A stretch of 62,656 nt of DNA, counting the filler. It is 4 parts of 4 records of this genome, joined end to end, with 100 filler letters (N's around TTAATTAATTAA, not from the genome) between each part and the next. Parts side by side here need not be neighbours in the genome. Positions count along the whole stretch, not along the records: positions 27,366 to 57,098 come from SRR20825019_1662; positions 57,199 to 62,656 come from SRR20825019_1684; 2 more parts are not named here. One strand, written 5' to 3'. The notes beneath the pieces were generated by a model. That model was given only the letters and a program-made list of their open reading frames with translations, had not been told where the DNA came from and did no database searches. Both the position numbers and the translations under genes were made by a program. This document shows positions 57,069 to 62,656 of the stretch, in pieces. Position 1 is the stretch's first letter, and every line of letters starts with the position of its first letter.

Positions 57069-57098
57069 TGGGGCGAGTGATGGGACTTGAACCCACGG
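57069..57098 (-). tRNA. 3' part of a tRNA (probably His), forming the prophage att core; truncated by the gap
   Basis: CCGTGGGTTCAAGTCCCATCACTCGCCCCA: T-arm, acceptor strand, C discriminator, CCA. Confidence 0.8.
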
Positions 57099-57198
57099 NN
57101 NNNNNNNNNNNNNNNNNNNNNNNNNNNNNNNNNNNNNNNNNNTTAATTAATTAANNNNNNNNNNNNNNNNNNNNNNNNNNNNNNNNNNNNNNNNNNNN
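57099..57198. other. Artificial contig spacer
   Basis: N44-TTAATTAATTAA-N44. Confidence 0.98.
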
Positions 57199-57591
57199 CC
57201 CCCCCCCCCCCCCGCCACGGACGGGCCGCCGGCGCGGGGCTGGCCGCCAGCCTCGCCCGGCTGGGACTCAGCCTAGGGCCCGGGCCACTGGCGCTGGCCG
57301 CCGCAGTCTGTCACCACACCGCAGAGTTAGTGGGGAAGACAATGCAAGGCCGCCTGACCGGCCGGCCGGAGGCTTAGTTCTCACTATACCTCCTTTAACG
57401 TCGCCGTCGCGGGTGGCTTGGCCACATGCGGAGGACCTCTTAGCCATTCTGAGTGTTGTTGCCCACGCCCTAGCTCCCTTCATGAATATATCATCCTGGC
57501 AGAAAATGAAGCGAAACCAGCACCATTCAGTGACAGTAGCAGGTTGGTTCCGTTCCTCACGTGACTGCTCCAGAGCTGACGCGGCTAGCAG

Positions 57592-60338
57592 ATGGAGAGG
57601 TTCCGGCAGGCATACCTGCGGTCATGCGAGCAGTTCTCCATGGAGCCGTCACCGTCTCTTATGGAGATGAGTGACTCGAACAACGCCATCAACTTGTCTA
57701 AGCTCTCCTTTGGTGTGAAGGTGCGTTCGCTGCCCATCCTTCTAGCAACAGAAGTATTTACTCAGGACTAGGCGTGCGAGGTCCTTTCTGAGGCTCTGAA
57801 GGGGGACGAGTTCTTCATTTCCATTGACATTGGGGATAGTTTCATAGGCGATGAAGGTACGGTCCCTCTACCGGTTGGTTTGGTGACTGACATAGGGGCA
57901 GGCTGCGCGGCGCTGTCCGCGGCGCTTAAGCAGAACGTGACTGTGGAGCGTCTTGACCTCCGGGGCTCCCACATTCGCACCGAGGGTGCGGTTGCGCTGG
58001 CCCACCTCCTCAAGAACAATCACTTCCTTAAGAGCTTGAACATGGAGTGGAACCTTGTGGGAATCGTCGACAGCGGTGTCCACGCCATTGCCGACGCCCT
58101 GAGGACCAATCAGGGCCTTACGCATCTCGACATTCGCAACAACCGGATCGGGCCCGATGCAGCGGTGGTGCTGGCTCAGTCACTGGCTAAGAACCCTGTC
58201 CTCCGGATGCTGGGTACGTGAAAGGGTTAGATGGGTGGGGGGTCCTGACAGGTGCTCTAGACCTGCGCTGGAACAGCATCGGTCTCGCTGGTGGACAGGC
58301 TCTTGCGGAAATGCTTGAAGGCAACACCACGCTGACGGAGATCTTGTTGACTGGAAACAAGGTGCCCGAGGACCTGGTGCGGAGGATCGATGAGCTCTTG
58401 CTCCGCAACCAACAGCTCTTTGAGCGGCGATCTGTTGAGGCGCAGGTGTCCCACAAACTGGCCCACGAGGTGCGCAGCCGTGGTTGGGGCCCACGAATGG
58501 ATATCTAACGCATATCGATACAGCTCAACACAGTGAAATCCAAATACGAGTCTGAGATCAACCAGAAGGAGCTGGAACTACACAAGTCCAAGCAGGAATA
58601 CGAGAACCTAGACCGACTAATGGCCAACAAGGTGAGATGATTGATCATATTCGTTCGTGATGGTGTGTTGATGTTTTGGTAGTTTGAGGGGATTTCCGAG
58701 GATATGGTGAGCCTCAAGACGGGTCACGCCGAAATGGAGCAGAAGTGGAGGACGGAGGTGCGGCGACACAACGAAACGGAAAAGCTATACCAGGAGACCC
58801 TCGAGGCCATGTCCAAGGTGGGGCACTGTAGGGGTAGTGTCTGTTGCACTCTCGCTTATGGGCTTCCAGGCACAACGGGATGCAGAGATCTACGTAACTA
58901 ATGCCAGGGTGGAGCTGGAGAGGGAGAAGGAGGTGTGATGGCCATTCGCTGCAGTTTGGCGATATCTGATGTGTTTGCGTAGCTCCGCAGTAAGGTAGAG
59001 GACCAGCTGAGTGAAGCCCGGGTCAGGTTGGATGAAATCCAGAAGGATCACGGCAGTGAGCGGCACGGACTCCAGATGGATAATCAGGGGCACAAGCAGA
59101 AGATATCTGAGCTGCAGGATGACAACCTGCGCCTGCAGGATGAGATGGTGCGGCTGAGGGCCCAGCTGGAGGAGCGGACCAAGGATTTGGAAGGTAAGCG
59201 CCCGTGATTAGCGCTTACCTTGCACTAGTTGATGGGCGCGCTCAGACCGCCTTCGATCGGAGGATGTGAGGAGGCAGAAGGCCGAGGAACGGGCGCGCGA
59301 TGCCCAGCTGGAGCAGGCACGGCTGCACTCGGGTGAGATGGCGCGTGTTAGGACTGAGAGTGAATCAACCATCAATGGGCTGCACGACACCCTCAAGGAT
59401 GTATCCTCCAAGAAGACCCACGCTGAAGACAAGCTCCACGAGGCCGAGGTGGCCCTGTCCAAGGAGCGGACAGCTCGGCAAAGCGACACGACCATTATGA
59501 AGGACATGGTGGGTAGAAGCGGTGGGCAGCCCAGGGACGTCCCCTCATTCCATCCACAGGAGGAGCGGATTCGCAATCTGGAGCGCCAGGTGGACAAGGC
59601 CTCCAGTGACAGGGATCAGTCCCAGAGCACCGTCCAAGCGCTCATAGCTGAAAAGGAGAAGCTCAAGGCGGCATCTGCCGCAAACGACAAGGCGCATGAA
59701 GCAACTCTGGCAGAGGTATTTTTCACATCGCACCATTGGTGGTGAAACTGACGCTATTGGAAGGAGCGTAAGTGCAGGGAGACGCTGATCAAGGATGCCC
59801 AGAATCTCCAGGCCGAAATCGAGGCTCTCAAGCAGGAGAAGGCCAAGTTCGTCTACCTCAGTGAGAAATCGTCATGTATGTAGCAGTTTCGAGTTGTCGG
59901 TACCGCGGCCTTGAGAGGCTGACCCCGTCCCAGACAATGAGACCCAGCTCACTGAACAGATCGCAAACGAGCGCAGCGCCCACGAGAGTGCGACTAAAGA
60001 GGTGCGCATGCCGAGTGGATGTGAATGCGTGTGCGAGCACTGACGGGGCGCTGCAGATTATGGAGAGCCACTTGGGCGACGTCAAGTCATGGGAGCAGAG
60101 GGTGCGCGACAAGGACTCGGAGATCGGTGAGGTGATATGGCCGTGCTCGGTGGTGGATGCTGACCAAGGCCCAGCGAATCTGCGGGCCAAACTCGAGGCG
60201 AAGACCAATGAGGTGCGCAATGTCAGGCAGGAGAATGATCGCACCCTGGCATCACTGGAGGGGCTTATGTGTGAGTTCATTAAGTCCACTGTGCGTGAGC
60301 AGCGTGTATCCCTCAAGCAGCAGGCTGGCAACAACTGA
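57592..60338 (+). CDS. LRRC45: LRRC45-like LRR + coiled-coil centriolar protein (many short introns)
   Basis: MERFRQAYLRSCEQFSMEP N-terminus; SLNMEWNLVG, LDIRNNRIG, LDLRWNSIGLAGG; long coiled coil. Confidence 0.78.
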
Positions 60339-61085
60339 ACCTGAACTGAGCTATGAATGACCTAAAGGATTCGTTTACTCTCACTGGTGCCTCTTGTCTA
60401 AGATGCCCTGTGTCAATGTCTTATTCTTCAGTGGAGCTCCCGTGGCCAAGGCCAGTAGACTCATCCACCAAAGCGGCCACCGGTAGCCGGGCTCGTCCGG
60501 GCGGCCGCCTCCGGATCTATCACCATCTCCGTTCGCACGCGGCGTGGCGCAGCACGCGGCGGCGGCGGCGTCACGTGAGGGCTGACAGGTGATGGTTGAT
60601 TTTGGCCCGGGTCCAGCCGCGCAGACGGATGCGCCCGAAGTCACTGCGCGCCCGGCCCCGGGGCCGGCCCTGCCGTGGTCAGGCAGGCTGGGCCCCGGCC
60701 CGCAAGCGGCCTTGGCGGCGGCTGCGCCCGGCGGCTCCCCGGGCCCCCGGGCCCCGCGGCCCGGCGGCCCGGCGCCGCCGGGGCCGCGTTTGACGTGCCC
60801 CGGCAGGGCCCGACCAGTTTGGTCGGGGCGAGGGCGTCCGCTCCGGCATCGCGGCGGCACGGCAGCGGCCGCCGGGCGGGGAGCGCGGTTGGCGTGGCAC
60901 CGGTCCGCGGCCTGCTGGAGGGAGGATAAGGTGGCGGGTGAGCGGCTCTCCGTGTTCACTGGCTCCCCAGTGTAGCACCAAGGCTTCTTGTTGCAGTCAC
61001 AGTTTGCAGCTGTTGCTTCCGTGATACTATATATATAGAAGTGAGTCTTGTCGTCATCGTTGCAGCGATCGTCTCAGCTCTCGTT

Positions 61086-62555
61086 ATGCGGCCCTATTTG
61101 TCTTGGCTAACACTTATTTTGATATGGCTTGTGGCAAAGGGGGCAAGCGGGGAGGGAGAGTCAGGCGCTGGAGGCGTTGAAGCAGATGCCGCTGCAAGCG
61201 CCGTTGATCTTGTGGTCCGGGCCAAGCAGTGCCTCATGTGAGTGCCTGATAACAAGTGGCTTGGTCGTCATTCTGACACCCTACCGTGACAGGACTGGTG
61301 ATGACGACTGCGTTCTCGCCTCTCTGAACAGAGCACTGGAACTGGACACAACCCTCGGCATTGCATACCATAACAGGGGCGCCGCCCATTTCCGAGCGGG
61401 AAGGGCGGAACTAGCATTAGCGGACTTCACCAAGGCGAAGGAGCACCTTGGAGAGGTGGACTACGTGCTGCGCCACCGGGGGTCAGCTCTGCTCGAGCTG
61501 GGCAAAACGGATGAGGTGCACCAGTAGCTTGAGTTTGACTGAGGGATGCAACCTCACCGGCGTGTGACTGCAGGGGCTGGCAGAGCTGCGCAAGGGGGCG
61601 TCGCAAGAGAACTCGACGGAGGCATATAATGAACTCGGCAAGGTATTCAGTCGGTTGCTGTCGGGCAGGTGTCGGCCTGACCGAGGGACAGGCTTTCCAG
61701 GAGGCAGGCAGGTACAAGGACGCGATCGAGGCATACCAGCAGTCTCTCGGGCTGGAGGCAGGGCTGGAGGCCGCCCTGGGGGTTGCCGGTATGTACTGTG
61801 GCCAAGTGGGGCAGCAGGCCATGACTAATGCGGTGTATAGAGGGCTGGGTTTCACTAGGGGACATTGGCCAGGGTATATCTGTGTACACCATGGTGAGGT
61901 CACCCAGTGGTGCCCCGCCAATAGCTAACCTTGATCAGATACTCCGGGACGTCGGGGATTCTTGCGCGGAATGCACCGTGAGGGTGCTGGCCGGGAGGAT
62001 GGAGGCATTCGTGGCCGCGAGGATGTATGAGCGGGCGCTACTAGACATCGAGTGAGTGGCGCGGTATCCACGCCGCCCCGGCGACCTGACCGCCTGTGCA
62101 GGCGGCTTGTTTCCACGGATACAGAGGGGGGCTCCCAGTGGCACTGCCGTGAGGCCAAGATCCTCCGCCTGCTGGGTGATTACTCGGCGGCACTCGGAGC
62201 CTTAAACAAGTGAGTCACTCCGCCGCTCTCCCGGGGGCTCCTGTACCGACCGCCTCCTCCCACTGTGCAGGTGTGCGCCGCGTCCAGAGGACCTGAAGGC
62301 TGTGCAAGCGGCGGTGTGGGCGGCCGAGGACGCCGTTCTTGGCGTTGTCGACCGCGCGGCCACGGGGACGTCCTTGGAGCCTGTTTTCCTGGAGGTTGCG
62401 TGAGTGTTACGCTGAAGTGTTCATTAGCCCGGTGCTGACAGGCGCATAGACGCCGGGGCCTCCTCCCACTCCTGCTGGACGGGGTTCTGTGCCTAGCCGT
62501 GATCACTCTGGGCGCTGTCTTGCGTCTCCGGCGAGGCGCCTTCGCAATGATGTAA
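61086..62555 (+). CDS. TPR protein with signal peptide and C-terminal TM (spliced)
   Basis: AYHNRGAAHF..ALADFTKA, GRYKDAIEAYQQSL; hydrophobic N- and C-termini. Confidence 0.65.
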
Positions 62556-62656
62556 GCATGCATGTGTGAACAGAAGGCTTGCCTTTAACACACGCCTCCC
62601 CTACTAGATCCCCCGTACTCGCATGCGTAATGTACTGCACGTGGATGTAATGTACT

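Larger units (their letters stand above)
27366..57098. mobile_element. Temperate prophage (partial): contractile tail, lambda-like head/cos, replication, immunity, early-left operon, att in tRNA
   Basis: Colinear phage modules ending at a tRNA 3' end. Confidence 0.96.

Noticed and set aside
27366-57098. Diversity-generating retroelement or retron in the prophage
   Set aside because: No reverse transcriptase motifs or TR/VR pair seen; the tail-fibre region is outside the contig.
16857-57198. Horizontal transfer of bacterial or phage DNA into the eukaryote
   Set aside because: Every junction is an artificial spacer, and the bacterial DNA shows no introns or decay.
60381-60981. Pro/Arg/Gly-rich ORFs in GC islands (also 21-359 and 16368-16648)
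   Set aside because: These are open only because stop codons are scarce in GC-rich DNA; no protein-like features.

Overview
This window is not one continuous locus. It is four contigs joined by identical 100-nt artificial spacers (N44-TTAATTAATTAA-N44). (1) 1-16856: a compact eukaryote with ~50-60-nt introns carrying CTRAY branch points. It encodes an atypical Rab-like GTPase, 6-phosphofructokinase, a degenerate myosin ending in a CaaX box, a PHD/bromo/chromo CHD remodeller and a plant-type glucosylceramide synthase. (2) 16957-27265: alphaproteobacterial chromosome (tentatively Rhodospirillales/Thalassospira-like) with PfpI, MscS, OmpA, MsrQ, LysE and enoyl-CoA hydratase genes, plus three tandem orphan proteins that share an exactly spaced C-terminal membrane-anchor motif. 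(3) 27366-57098: about 30 kb of a temperate prophage with a lambda-like cos/head module, a Mu/P2-like contractile tail, replication and immunity modules, and an att site in a tRNA(His-like) 3' end with no adjacent integrase. (4) 57199-62656: eukaryotic again, with an LRRC45-like gene and a TPR membrane protein. The strongest leads are: antisense cargo genes in the phage replication operon whose opposite strand is an ORF coupled to the flanking genes; the K-x-L-P-x21-E-L-x6 tail-anchor triad; the prenylatable pseudo-myosin; and a zinc-ribbon gene with an RNA hairpin next to cos. All protein calls come from motif recognition by eye, not database searches.
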